64,000 bases of DNA from an uncultured Actinomycetes bacterium (GTDB taxonomy: Bacteria > Actinomycetota > Thermoleophilia > Gaiellales > JAICJC01): assembly GCA_963703275.1 (NCBI GenBank), contig OY969804.1:3692392-3756391 (forward strand). Reading direction: 5' to 3'. The notes below the pieces were generated by a model that made no database searches, was not told where the DNA came from, and worked only from the letters and a program-made list of their open reading frames with translations. Positions 1-9,558 of the stretch are shown here, one piece after another. The position numbers and the translations under genes were made by a program. Positions within the stretch are counted from its first letter, which is position 1; each line of letters starts with the position of its first letter.

Positions 1-42
1 AGCCCACATGAGCTGGATCGCGAGGACAACGAGAAAGGGCAT
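1..42 (-). CDS. 5' end of a gene running off the left edge (hydrophobic N-terminus MPFLVVLAIQLMWA)
   Basis: ATG at 42..40. AGGAGG (complement of 48..53) lies 5 nt upstream. Only 14 codons are visible. Confidence 0.35.
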   Translation of the reverse strand, partial: MPFLVVLAIQLMWA

Positions 43-139
43 GAGCTCCTCCTTCAATTCGACCTTGTGTTCTCGTATACATCGGCAAGAGGGCCACGCT
101 CCGTAACCATCTTGGCGCCCAGCCACCGTCCGCGAGCTG

Positions 140-224
140 GGAGTGGCAGCTCACTGTGAAAGGCCGTCGACCGGCAGGCCGTTGTAGCCCAACGGTTGGT
201 AGGTTCGACTCCTGCGCCGCTCCG
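140..224 (+). tRNA. tRNA-like element (selC-like T-arm and 8-bp acceptor-type helix); no canonical cloverleaf or anticodon resolved
   Basis: GGAGTGGC (140..147) pairs with GCCGCTCC (216..223). T-arm is GTAGG-TTCGACT-CCTGC (199..215). A 5+7+5 hairpin sits at 179..195. There is no credible D-arm and no UCA anticodon. Confidence 0.3.
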
Positions 225-275
225 CTCAGAGGGCCGCTCACCCGGCCATCCGTAACCTCCGACGCCGCGCTCGAT

Positions 276-1004
276 CTACCCGAGCCGTCGTGTTGTCAGG
301 GGCTGCTCGTGCACGGTGCCGTCCGGCCGCCGGCTCACCTCGTAGCCGAGTGCGCCCGACCTGTCGCATATCACGTCGTGCAACTCGGTTCCGAGGTACA
401 CGAGGCCGGCGCCGTTGTCGGTGGCGTAGCCGTCCGGGAGTACCCCCTGGGCGATCAGCTCATGGAAGAGCGGGCGCCGCTGTTCCTCTGCGTCGTGGTG
501 GGGGCTGTTCGAGTACGGCAGGAAGGCGAGCGCGTCGGTCACGGGCCGCAGGCGTAGTCCGAAGGAGTCCGTCGTGCCGCCGACGTGCCAGCACACGGAG
601 CCGGCCGAGACGCCCATGAGGACGATGCCGGCCTGCCAGCAGTCATGGAACACCGTATCCAGACCGTGGGCGCGCCAGAGCGCAAGCAGATTGACCGTGC
701 TGCCGCCGGCGACCCAGATCACGTCCTGGCGCAGGAGGTGCGAGCGCGGGTCGTCGTGGTTGGGCCGCGGGAACAGCGCCAGATGCGAGAGCTCGGCATC
801 GAGCTCGGCGAACGCCGCGTAGAACTTCATGAGCCACATCGAATCGTCGCCGACCGCGGTCGCGACGATGCAAACGCGAGCTCGCCGGCCATTCGGCCGT
901 GCCAGTCGCAACGCCTCGGCGTACGCCGGGCCGGGGTGGAACGCGACATCGTCACCATCGAATCCGATGCTCGTCGCAACGATCGTCGGCCGGCTCGCGG
1001 ACAC
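276..1004 (-). CDS. peptidase S51 (dipeptidase E-like) family protein
   Basis: 242-aa ORF with S51-like pattern VIWVAGGSTVNLL...GVSAGSVCW. Codon usage is GC3-rich. Confidence 0.75.
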   Translation of the reverse strand: MSASRPTIVATSIGFDGDDVAFHPGPAYAEALRLARPNGRRARVCIVATAVGDDSMWLMKFYAAFAELDAELSHLALFPRPNHDDPRSHLLRQDVIWVAGGSTVNLLALWRAHGLDTVFHDCWQAGIVLMGVSAGSVCWHVGGTTDSFGLRLRPVTDALAFLPYSNSPHHDAEEQRRPLFHELIAQGVLPDGYATDNGAGLVYLGTELHDVICDRSGALGYEVSRRPDGTVHEQPLTTRRLG

Positions 1005-1052
1005 GAGCTCAGACTAGTGCACAGATACCGATCGAAGCACCGCGCTCGACCT

Positions 1053-1850
1053 TCAGTTTGGTTCGGCTGCCCGGCGCTGGTTGTAGAGGCGGATGGCCCA
1101 GAGGTAGGCGACGACGGCGATGCCGATGCTCCAGCCGGTGGCGGCGATGGCATGGTCGCCAACGGGGGCGCCGGTGAGCAGTTCGCGCACGGTGTCGGCG
1201 ACCGGGGTGAAGGGCTGGTATTCGGCGAACTGCCGCAGCCCGGCCGGCATCGTCTGGGTGCGAACGAACCCGCTGCTGAGGAAGAGCAGCAGGATCAGGA
1301 TCATCGGGGTGTTGCTGGCGGTCTCCACGCTCTTGGCGGCAAGCCCGAGCGCGACGGCGAGCCAGGTGAGCGCGAAGGCGAACAGGACCAGTATCCCGAT
1401 CGCGGCGAGCCACTGGAGTGGCCCCGCGCTCGAGCGGAATCCGATGCCGAACGCGACGCCGATGAGGATGGCGACTCCGGCGAGCGTTTGGATCAGGCTG
1501 CCGAGTACGTGGCCGGTGAGGACCGAGGCGCGGGCGATGGCCATGGTCCGGAACCGGTCGATGATGCCGCCGGTCATGTCCATCGCGACCATGATCGCGG
1601 TGCCCTGGACGGCGGAGACGGCGGTGATGAGCAGCAGGCCCGGCACCACGTAGGTGAGGTAGGCGCCGCGACCCTCGTGGGGGCCCAGACCCGCACCGAG
1701 TTGGCCGCCCAGGACGTAGACGAACAGCAACAGCAGAACGATCGGCGTGCCCACCAGCATCAGGGTCATCGAGGGGTACCGCAGCTGATGCTTGAGGTTG
1801 CGGCGCAGCATGACGCGCGAGTCGCTGAGCGTGTAGGTGAACGTGGTCAT
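1053..1850 (-). CDS. ABC-2 type transporter permease (DrrB-like)
   Basis: 265 aa with about 6 predicted TM segments. ATGA start/stop overlap with the upstream ATPase. Confidence 0.85.
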   Translation of the reverse strand: MTTFTYTLSDSRVMLRRNLKHQLRYPSMTLMLVGTPIVLLLLFVYVLGGQLGAGLGPHEGRGAYLTYVVPGLLLITAVSAVQGTAIMVAMDMTGGIIDRFRTMAIARASVLTGHVLGSLIQTLAGVAILIGVAFGIGFRSSAGPLQWLAAIGILVLFAFALTWLAVALGLAAKSVETASNTPMILILLLFLSSGFVRTQTMPAGLRQFAEYQPFTPVADTVRELLTGAPVGDHAIAATGWSIGIAVVAYLWAIRLYNQRRAAEPN

Positions 1851-2833
1851 CGTTGCACTGCTCCTTCTGGCGTGCGGTTCTCGTCGAGCCGGCCGCTGAC
1901 ATGACTGCCGGTCACGGCCAGAAACACGTCGTCGAGCTCGGGAGTGTGGATCGACAGCCTCTCGACATCGACGCGGGCGCGGTGGAGCTCGTCGAGGAGC
2001 TCACGGAGCGAGTCCACGGTGCCGTCTGCGGGGACCTGCAGGACGAGCTGGTCCTCGTCAAGGGCCGCCGCCTCGAGGAGTTGAGCCGCCGAATGCAGCA
2101 GGTCGGGACGGGCGAAGTGGAGCCGCACGTGGCTGCCGGGGATGCGGCTCTTCAGCTCGCTGGCCGTTCCTTCGGCGACGATCCGGCCCTCGTCGAGCAC
2201 CGCGATCCGGTCGGCCAGCTGGTCCGCTTCGTCGAGGTTCTGGGTGGTGAGCAGTATGGTCACGCCGGACCTCGCCAGGTCACGGATGATCTGCCACATG
2301 GTGAGGCGGCTGCGCGGGTCGAGGCCGGTGGTGGGCTCGTCCAGGAAGATCACCCTGGGCTCACCGACCAGGGTCATGGCCAGATCGAGCCGCCGTCGCA
2401 TCCCGCCGGAGTAGGTGGAAAGCATCCTGTCGGCGGCGTCTGTGAGGTCGAACTGCTCCAGCAGCTCGGCCACCCGCCGCCGGCCAGCCTCGCGGCCGAG
2501 GTGGCGAAGATCGGCCATCAACCGCAGGTTCTCGGTCCCGGTGAGCAGGTTATCCACGGCCGAGAACTGGCCTGTGACCCCGATGAGCGCCCGGACCCCG
2601 TCGGGGTCGCCGATCACGTCGCGGCCGGCGATGTGCATGGAGCCGGAGTCGGCCGTGATCAGGGTGGAGAGGATGCGGACGATCGTGGTCTTGCCGGCTC
2701 CGTTCGGACCCAGCAGCGCGAGGATCCTGCCCTCATCCGCGGTCAGGTTCACCCTGTTGAGCACGAGATGGCTGCCGAATGACTTGCAGACGTCCCTGGC
2801 CACGATCCCCGAACTGCTGGTCTGGACTGTCAT
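1847..2833 (-). CDS. ABC transporter ATP-binding protein (DrrA/daunorubicin-resistance family)
   Basis: Walker A GPNGAGKTT, signature YSGGMRRR, Walker B VIFLDEP. Start moved to the internal ATG (MTVQTSS) that overlaps the MarR stop (ATGA). Confidence 0.9.
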   Translation of the reverse strand: MTVQTSSSGIVARDVCKSFGSHLVLNRVNLTADEGRILALLGPNGAGKTTIVRILSTLITADSGSMHIAGRDVIGDPDGVRALIGVTGQFSAVDNLLTGTENLRLMADLRHLGREAGRRRVAELLEQFDLTDAADRMLSTYSGGMRRRLDLAMTLVGEPRVIFLDEPTTGLDPRSRLTMWQIIRDLARSGVTILLTTQNLDEADQLADRIAVLDEGRIVAEGTASELKSRIPGSHVRLHFARPDLLHSAAQLLEAAALDEDQLVLQVPADGTVDSLRELLDELHRARVDVERLSIHTPELDDVFLAVTGSHVSGRLDENRTPEGAVQR

Positions 2834-3360
2834 CGTGTTCCCTTCTCGCGCTTCGGCCCCGGCGCCTTTGGCAGCTCGCCGGCGGCTTGCAGCGCCTCCC
2901 GCCGTTCCTTCCACTCCTGCTCCACCACCGGAAGCCGCGTCACCAGGAAATCCGCGAACGCCGCCCACTCCAACAAGATCGCTCGTCGTTCGGGCGGAGC
3001 GCCCTCCAGAACGCGAAGACCCTCCCGCGCCAGCTCGCCCTGTTCCCGGTACTCGGAGATGTCAAACCCCGTCGCCTGGGGTGAGGACATGTCGATGCGG
3101 ACCCGGTCCATACGCTCGCCCGCGGCCCGGGATCGCTGGATGAGGTGGAGGGTCTCCAGCGTGTTGACCGCTCCGGCGATGGCGCTCCGGCTTGCCAGCA
3201 GTGCGTCAGCCAGCTCCGCGATGCTCTGCTCCCGGGGGTCGCAGACCGCCAGGTATCCCAGGAGCCGGCCCACCATCGGAGCGAGCCCGTAGCGGCGGGC
3301 GTAGAACCGGCCGGTGTGGTCGGCGAACGTGATCTCTGCGTCGCTGGGCATGCTGACCAT
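2830..3360 (-). CDS. MarR/GbsR-family transcriptional regulator
   Basis: wHTH region SIAELADALLASRSAIAGAVNTLETLHLIQR. First gene of the marR-drrA-drrB operon. Start is uncertain (3360 or 3351). Confidence 0.8.
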   Translation of the reverse strand: MVSMPSDAEITFADHTGRFYARRYGLAPMVGRLLGYLAVCDPREQSIAELADALLASRSAIAGAVNTLETLHLIQRSRAAGERMDRVRIDMSSPQATGFDISEYREQGELAREGLRVLEGAPPERRAILLEWAAFADFLVTRLPVVEQEWKERREALQAAGELPKAPGPKREKGTR

Positions 3361-3372
3361 TTTACACAGGCT

Positions 3373-3404
3373 ACTGAGATAACACAAATCCTCGTCATCT
3401 CAGT
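3373..3404. promoter_or_regulatory. inverted repeat ACTGAGAT-N16-ATCTCAGT in the marR/ECF-sigma divergent region (candidate MarR operator)
   Basis: Perfect 8-bp arms read directly. AT-richer than surroundings. Immediately upstream of the marR start. Confidence 0.35.
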
Positions 3405-3447
3405 GTGATCATTCGCCGATCGGTCGTCTCGTAGACTCGGTCGGCGG

Positions 3448-4053
3448 ATGCGACTGAAGAAATCGCGTCCGTCGGGGTTCTTGATGGATGTGGACTGCAG
3501 ACAGTCGGAGGAGGCGGCAATTCCCAGTCGGTCGCGGTCGGCCCTGGGTGCGAGCGTCGAGGAGATCGAGGCCGTCTATCGGGAGCGGCTGGAGGCGTTC
3601 GTGCGGGTGTGTGCGGCCATTCTGGGCGACCGTGAGCTGGCGGTGGACGCGGTGCAGGAGGGGTTCGCGTCGACGATCAGGAACCGGGCATCGTTTCGGG
3701 GCGAGGGGACAGTGGAGGGATGGGTATGGGGGGCGGTTGTGAACGCGGCTCGGAACCATCGCCGGACGCGTTCCGGGCACGAGGCCTACGCGGCCGGGAG
3801 TGGCTGGGGATGGAGCGCAGGCCGAATCGCCTCGACAGTCGAGGGTGTTGAGGCTCGTAGCGGGCTGCGTGACGAGGTGGCGATGTTGCCGGAGCGGCAG
3901 CGACTCGCCCTGTTTCTGCGCTACTACGCGGATCTCGACTATCGCGAGATCGCGGCGGTGCTGGAGGTGTCGGTGGGGACGGTCGGCTCGACGCTGAACG
4001 CCGCGCACGCGGCGCTTCGCCGGGCCCTGGCGGGGGGTGTGGACGATGCCTGA
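3448..4053 (+). CDS. ECF-type RNA polymerase sigma-70 factor
   Basis: Region 2 is DAVQEGFASTIRN...EGWVWGAVVNAARN. Region 4 is LPERQRLALFLRYYADLDYREIAAVLEVSVGTVGSTL. The exact start is uncertain. Confidence 0.85.
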   Translation: MRLKKSRPSGFLMDVDCRQSEEAAIPSRSRSALGASVEEIEAVYRERLEAFVRVCAAILGDRELAVDAVQEGFASTIRNRASFRGEGTVEGWVWGAVVNAARNHRRTRSGHEAYAAGSGWGWSAGRIASTVEGVEARSGLRDEVAMLPERQRLALFLRYYADLDYREIAAVLEVSVGTVGSTLNAAHAALRRALAGGVDDA

Positions 4054-5302
4054 TGTCGACCCGCAGGTCGGCGAACTGCTTGACCGGCGCACGCCGCCGG
4101 TGAAGGTTGAGCCGCGATGGGACGATGTTCTGCGCCGAGCCGAACTCGAGGCGGGGGCAGAGCGCCGGCCGATGCTGCGTCTGCCGCGCCGGCGGTGGCT
4201 CCTCCTCGCCGCTGTGCTGGCCGTACCGGTGGGGATCGCCGCAGCTCAGGCGCATCGCGTGTTCGTCCACTATCTCTCCGGTGGCGCGTCCACGAAGCAG
4301 CGCGACCAGATCCGGTCATCCGCCCATGCCGGCCATTATTTCAATTTGACTCACGGGCACATCCGGGCCGATCTTCACCGAGCTCGACGGTTGGTCTCCG
4401 TCTCGCTCGGTGGCCATCACTACGTGTTCCTCATGGCGCCGCTCACACATGGCAGCGGCGGCTGCTTCTTCGAGATCGTCGATGGGCGTCAAATTGTTGA
4501 TTCAGAGTGTGGCTATGACCCGAAGGCGCGCCATCCCGTTGTCTCGGGTCGCCGCGTCGTGGGCGCCGGAACCGCGCTCGGCGCCCAGGTGTTTCAGGTT
4601 GGCGCGAAGCCGGTGTGGGTCGTCATCGGGGTCATGCCCGCCGCCCGCGAGGTGTCCTCGGTGCGAGTGCGGTTCCAGGATGGAACCAGCGCCCGCGCGC
4701 CCACGAACGGCCCCTTCTTCAGCTATGTGGTCAGCGGCGCACACTCGCGGGCGAATCGCCGGCCGACCGCCCTCGTCGGCCTGACAGACGGCGGCAAGGT
4801 CGGCGCCACCCAACTGCTTGACCCACAGACCTTCAACGCCGCGGCGACCTATCCCTTACACCCCCTGAATACCCGCCGGAGAGCCGTCCTCTACCTGATC
4901 CTCCGCGCGAGGCGGAGTCTCCCGGCGCGTGGGCTGCATGCCGAAGCCCGCGTCTCGACGACCCCGGGAAAGGTGGCGCGAATGTTCGGAGGAAGCGCCC
5001 GAATGTACCCACCCCATCCCGTGGTGGTCGTGCTCCGAGGGCCGTTCACGATCTCCGCCATCCGCCGCACCTGTTCGTCGACGCCGCGGGTGTGCCCAGT
5101 TCCCAAAGGCCGGTGGGCGTACTTCGCGTATCTCATCAACCCCGACGAGTACCGGTACAACACGCTCCCCGGCAAGGCCATCGTCTGGCTTCGGAAAGCA
5201 CCGGTCGGCGCGCCCTACCCCGATCTGTCTCGGCTCGGGCACGTCTTCCACGACCGCCGAGTCCTCACCGTTCGAGCCAAGCGGGTACAACCGCCGGCGT
5301 GA
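4046..5302 (+). CDS. single-pass membrane protein coupled to the ECF sigma (possible anti-sigma/partner); function unknown
   Basis: ATG overlaps the sigma stop. About 55-aa cytoplasmic head, one TM (WLLLAAVLAVPVGIAAA), and a large external part. Confidence 0.6.
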   Translation: MPDVDPQVGELLDRRTPPVKVEPRWDDVLRRAELEAGAERRPMLRLPRRRWLLLAAVLAVPVGIAAAQAHRVFVHYLSGGASTKQRDQIRSSAHAGHYFNLTHGHIRADLHRARRLVSVSLGGHHYVFLMAPLTHGSGGCFFEIVDGRQIVDSECGYDPKARHPVVSGRRVVGAGTALGAQVFQVGAKPVWVVIGVMPAAREVSSVRVRFQDGTSARAPTNGPFFSYVVSGAHSRANRRPTALVGLTDGGKVGATQLLDPQTFNAAATYPLHPLNTRRRAVLYLILRARRSLPARGLHAEARVSTTPGKVARMFGGSARMYPPHPVVVVLRGPFTISAIRRTCSSTPRVCPVPKGRWAYFAYLINPDEYRYNTLPGKAIVWLRKAPVGAPYPDLSRLGHVFHDRRVLTVRAKRVQPPA

Positions 5303-5371
5303 CGTTTGGAGCTCGAGGTAGGCGCTTTGAGGTCTACAGTGACCAGGACCCGCGAGGGACTCGCCGCCGCC

Positions 5372-5875
5372 ATGACCGACATCCGAACATCGCGCCTCGA
5401 GCTGCATGCGATCGATGTCGCAGAGGCAGAGCGAATCGTCGCTCGGAGTCCCGGACCAGCCGATAGCTGGGCCGGCGACTACCCCTTCGAGGGCGATGTT
5501 GGCGCGGTCGGGGGCTTCCTTCGCGCCACCGCCGCGCAGGGAGACCAGCGGCCGTTCGGCTACTACCGCATCACCCGCCTGGCCGACGGGCAGGCCATCG
5601 GTGGGCTCGGCTTCAAGGGCCGGCCGGATGGGGGCTGCGCCGAGATCGGTTACGGCCTGGCTCCCTCGGCCCGCGGACATAGGTATGCCGCGGAGGCGGT
5701 CATCGCCCTGCTGTCCGTGGCCGCCGACCACGGGCTCTCCAGGGTGATCGCCGACACGACTCTCGACAATATCGCCTCCCAGCGCACCCTCGTCCGAGCC
5801 GGATTCCGCCTCGTGCGCACCGACGCTGAGCTCCACCATTACGAGGTGCTCCTGAACGAGGACGCCGCCACGTAG
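5372..5875 (+). CDS. GNAT family N-acetyltransferase (RimJ/RimL-like)
   Basis: Pattern TSRLELHAI...IGYGLAPSARGHRYAAEAV...NIASQRTLVRAGF. Internal ATG chosen as start. Confidence 0.8.
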   Translation: MTDIRTSRLELHAIDVAEAERIVARSPGPADSWAGDYPFEGDVGAVGGFLRATAAQGDQRPFGYYRITRLADGQAIGGLGFKGRPDGGCAEIGYGLAPSARGHRYAAEAVIALLSVAADHGLSRVIADTTLDNIASQRTLVRAGFRLVRTDAELHHYEVLLNEDAAT

Positions 5876-5922
5876 CCGGCGAGCGGGGGCCAGGGCAGTT
5901 CGCGTAGGCTGCTTCGGAGCCG

Positions 5923-6984
5923 ATGGCGCACGAACCGCTGCACCCCGAAACGATCGCCGTCATCGCCGGGCGTCCTGCTCGAGCACCGGGCGCGCCGCTG
6001 AACGCGCCGATCGTGCCGGCCTCGACCTACCACCAGGGCGGTGACCTGGTATACGGCCGCGAAGGCAACCCTGGCTGGGCGGCATTCGAGGAGGCCCTCG
6101 GCGCGCTCGAGCACGGCAGCTGCGTCGCGTTCGCCTCCGGGCTTGCAGGCAGCAACGCGATCTTCGACGAGCTGGCCTCCGGCATGCGCCTCGTGGCGCA
6201 GCGCGCGCCGTACTTCGGCGTGGCCGAGCAGCTCCGCGAACGAGCCGGCCGCGGCCAGATCGAGCTCGAGACGTTGCTCGAGATGACGCCTGCGGCCCTC
6301 GCGGCCACCGTCGCCGGTGCCGGGCTCGTCTGGATCGAGTCGCCGACGAATCCGATGCTGGACGTCGTCGACCTTCCCGCCGTGATTGGCATCGCCCACG
6401 CCGCGGGCGCCCTCGTCGTCGTCGACAACACCTTCGCGACGCCGCTCGGGCAGACGCCACTGTCGCTGGGCGCCGACCTCGTCCTCCACTCGGCCACGAA
6501 GCTGATCGGCGGCCACTCGGATCTGCTCCTCGGTGCCGTTGTGGTGCGCGACGCAGCCCTCGCGGCGCGCCTGCGCGAACGCCGCTCGACGACGGGCGCA
6601 ACACCGGGTGCGCTCGAGGCGTACCTCGCACTTCGCGGTCTCCGCACGCTGCCCACCCGCCTGAGCCGCGCCCAGGCCAGCGCCCGCCACCTTGCCGGCG
6701 AGCTCGCAGCGCATTCACGTGTGGCACGCGTGCGCTATCCCGGCAGCGGCACAATGGTCTCGTTCGAAACCGCGGGCACGGCCGAGGATGCGGAAGCCGT
6801 CTGTGACGCGTGCCGGCTGATCGTCCACGCCACCAGCCTGGGCGGCGTCGAGAGCAGCCTCGAACGCCGCGCCCGCTACCCCTCCGAACGCGACGCCGGC
6901 ACACCCCCGACACTGATCCGGCTCAGCGTCGGGCTCGAGCACCCCGACGACCTGTGGCGCGACCTCGCACGCGCCCTCGGGTAG
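5923..6984 (+). CDS. PLP-dependent Cys/Met metabolism enzyme (cystathionine gamma-synthase/lyase family)
   Basis: 353 aa. PLP-lysine context SATKLIGGHSD and family-typical VDNTFATP. Confidence 0.85.
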   Translation: MAHEPLHPETIAVIAGRPARAPGAPLNAPIVPASTYHQGGDLVYGREGNPGWAAFEEALGALEHGSCVAFASGLAGSNAIFDELASGMRLVAQRAPYFGVAEQLRERAGRGQIELETLLEMTPAALAATVAGAGLVWIESPTNPMLDVVDLPAVIGIAHAAGALVVVDNTFATPLGQTPLSLGADLVLHSATKLIGGHSDLLLGAVVVRDAALAARLRERRSTTGATPGALEAYLALRGLRTLPTRLSRAQASARHLAGELAAHSRVARVRYPGSGTMVSFETAGTAEDAEAVCDACRLIVHATSLGGVESSLERRARYPSERDAGTPPTLIRLSVGLEHPDDLWRDLARALG

Positions 6985-6996
6985 ATCTGCGAGTCC

Positions 6997-7015
6997 ATCC
7001 TGCCTAGGGCAGGAT
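6997..7015. terminator. short hairpin ATCCTGCC-TAG-GGCAGGAT between convergent genes
   Basis: 8-bp perfect stem read directly. It overlaps the rph stop codon. No U-tract. Confidence 0.25.
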
Positions 7016-9532
7016 CTCGACGTACCCGTCCGTTCCATGCACCCGGATCCGCCGCCCGTCCTGGATCAGCTGGGTGGCGCGCTCGACCCCCACGACGGCC
7101 GGCAGGCCGTACTCCCGGGCGATCACCGCGCCATGGGTCATCAGGCCCCCCACCTCCGTCACCAGGCCGGTGATCGCGACGAACAGCGGCGTCCAGCTGG
7201 GGTCGGTGTAGGCGGTGACCAGGATGTCACCCGGTTCGAGATCGGCCTTCGCCATGTCCAGGATCACGCGGGCTCGCCCCTCGACCGTCCCGGCGGAGAC
7301 CGGCAGGCCGACGAGCGCGCCGGCCGGCACGCCTTCGCGCCGGTAGGCCCCCGCCATGATCTCGCCATCCGATGTGAGCACCCGGGGCGGCGTGAGCGCC
7401 TGATACGACCGGAACGCCTCCTTGCGCCCGCGGATGAGCTCGGCATCCACCTGGCCGGTGCGCACGACGTCCCGGAGTTCCTGGAAGCTGAGGTAGAAGA
7501 TGTCCTCGGGCTCACGAAGCACGTGGGCCTGCACCATCCGCTCGGCCTCTCCCAGGAGTGCCTGCTTGTACACGAAGTAGCGGCTGACCATGCCGTACTT
7601 CGGATACTCCCGGTATCCGATGAAGGTCCGGACGCGGTCGATCATCCGCTTCACCTCTTCGGCCTTGGCCTCCCCGTCCGGCAGGGCCCGCAGGGCCTCG
7701 ACCAACTCCTGTTCCTTCTTCCAGGCCTCCTGCCGGCCCTGCTCGAAGCGGCGCTCGCCCGCGCCGGGCTCGAAGTTCTTGATGTTGCCGAGGATCAGGG
7801 GCACGAGCGTGGTGGGACGTTCGCTCCACCGCGGCCGCGTGATGTCGATCTCACCGACGCAGCGCATGCCGTACCTGTCGAGGTAGGCCAGGATTGCGTC
7901 CCGCCCCTCCCGCCCACCCGCGAGCTTGGGCAACTCGTCCAGGAAGTCGTCGTCCTCGACCTGCTGCAGGAAGGCCACGACGTCCGGATGCGGGCGGATC
8001 ACGTCCGCGACATCCAGGAGCGCCAGTCCCATCTCCGACGTGACGTTGTGCGGGACGGACTGGGTGAGCGTATCTGCCGCGTTTGTCTCGCCCAGCCACG
8101 TCTGCAGGTGCTCGTTCAGCCACCACGTGGCCTCCATCGCCGACATGAACACCCGGTGGCTTTGCGGATCGAACAGGATCCGCTTCAGCTCATGGATGTC
8201 CTCCAGGATGAAGTCGAGCAGCGCCGGGCCCGACTTCGACCGGATGCCGCATTTCAGAGCTGCGATGGATTCCTGGTTGCGCGTGATCAGGTCGGTGACG
8301 ATGGCTGGATCGGTCTCGATCGGGGCCTGGGCGGCGCGCGCGGGCGGTGGCCCGGCGGGCTCCTCGTCCGGGAGTGATGGAAGGAAGCCGCTGCGATCGA
8401 CGATCGACCGCAGCGCGTCCCCGGACAGCGGGTCAGCCCTCCCAAACGCCTCCACCAGCCGGGCGCGGCTCGCCGGCGATGCGAGGTCGTGCGTGACGTC
8501 GACGAACAGCCTCCCGCCGGCGTGGTGCATCGGCCGGCCGGCGGTGAGCTGCCACATCGAGATCCCAAGCGGCTTCATGGGGTCGGTCATCATCTGCTGG
8601 TGGCCGACCGAGAGGTACACGTGGTTCTCGGCGTCGCCGGCCGCGGGGATCGGGAACAGCGTGGTGATGGGCCGGCTCTGGACAATCTGGAATCCGTCGT
8701 CGGCCAGGCACCATTCGATGTCCTGAGGGCGGCCGAAATGCGCTTCGATCCGCCGGCCGAGCTGCGCGAGTTGCACCACCTGCGCATCCGTCAGCGCCGG
8801 CTGCGCGGCGGCGATCGTCCGCTCGGCGACCTCGCCGTCGCGGACCGTGTAGATGTCCGGGTTCACCAGGCCCGAGACCAGGTCCTCGCTGAGGCCGAAG
8901 CCGGCCTCGATGGAGGCGACCTTCCGGTTGGAGGTGATGGGGTCGGCCGTGAACAGGATGCCGGCGGCCTGTGGGAAGACCATCTGCTGCACGACCACGG
9001 CCATCTGCACCCTGCGGTGGTCGATGCCGTTCCGCAGGCGGTAGGTCACGGCCCGCTCGGTGAAGAGCGAGCCCCAGCACCGGCTCACGGCCTGGAGGAT
9101 CGCCGCCCGCCCCACGACGTTCAGGTACGTGTCCTGCTGTCCCGCGAAGGAGGCCGTCGGCAGGTCCTCCGCCGTCGCGCTCGATCGGACGGCGTAGGGG
9201 GCGTGCTCGCCGAGCCCGGCGAGCGCGCGGGTGATCGCCGCCGCCACATCGTCGGGGATGGCGATTCCCTCGATGGCGCGGCGGATCTCCGCGCTGAGCG
9301 CGCCGATCGCCTCCCGGTCGTTGGGCCGCAGGAGCGACAGGCGGTCGAGCCGATCGCCGATCGACGGCGCGCCCGCCATGATCCGCCCGAAGGCGTCGGT
9401 CGTCACGCAGAAGCCGGCGGGCACGCGGACGCCTTCGATCCTCGACAGCTCGCCAAGGTTGGCAGCCTTGCCGCCGACGACGGCGACCTGCGTCCGGTCG
9501 ATCTCCTCGAAACCCAACACGTAGCGGCTCAT
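7004..9532 (-). CDS. rph: rifampin phosphotransferase-type PEP-utilising enzyme (annotated elsewhere as phosphoenolpyruvate synthase-like)
   Basis: 842 aa from the internal ATG (MSRYVLGFEEI). N-terminal ATP-grasp (VGGKAANLGEL). The protein ends with the swivel His domain GGLMTHGAVIAREYGLPAVVG and has no C-terminal TIM barrel. An RAE-like repeat lies upstream. Confidence 0.8.
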   Translation of the reverse strand: MSRYVLGFEEIDRTQVAVVGGKAANLGELSRIEGVRVPAGFCVTTDAFGRIMAGAPSIGDRLDRLSLLRPNDREAIGALSAEIRRAIEGIAIPDDVAAAITRALAGLGEHAPYAVRSSATAEDLPTASFAGQQDTYLNVVGRAAILQAVSRCWGSLFTERAVTYRLRNGIDHRRVQMAVVVQQMVFPQAAGILFTADPITSNRKVASIEAGFGLSEDLVSGLVNPDIYTVRDGEVAERTIAAAQPALTDAQVVQLAQLGRRIEAHFGRPQDIEWCLADDGFQIVQSRPITTLFPIPAAGDAENHVYLSVGHQQMMTDPMKPLGISMWQLTAGRPMHHAGGRLFVDVTHDLASPASRARLVEAFGRADPLSGDALRSIVDRSGFLPSLPDEEPAGPPPARAAQAPIETDPAIVTDLITRNQESIAALKCGIRSKSGPALLDFILEDIHELKRILFDPQSHRVFMSAMEATWWLNEHLQTWLGETNAADTLTQSVPHNVTSEMGLALLDVADVIRPHPDVVAFLQQVEDDDFLDELPKLAGGREGRDAILAYLDRYGMRCVGEIDITRPRWSERPTTLVPLILGNIKNFEPGAGERRFEQGRQEAWKKEQELVEALRALPDGEAKAEEVKRMIDRVRTFIGYREYPKYGMVSRYFVYKQALLGEAERMVQAHVLREPEDIFYLSFQELRDVVRTGQVDAELIRGRKEAFRSYQALTPPRVLTSDGEIMAGAYRREGVPAGALVGLPVSAGTVEGRARVILDMAKADLEPGDILVTAYTDPSWTPLFVAITGLVTEVGGLMTHGAVIAREYGLPAVVGVERATQLIQDGRRIRVHGTDGYVEILP

Positions 9533-9558
9533 GCGCTCGTGATTATGCGGCACGACAG

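Noticed and set aside
140-224. Confident call of selC (tRNA-Sec)
   Set aside because: Despite the 8-bp acceptor helix and selC-like T-arm, there is no UCA anticodon in a 7-nt loop and no 6-bp D-stem. It is kept only as a low-confidence tRNA-like element.
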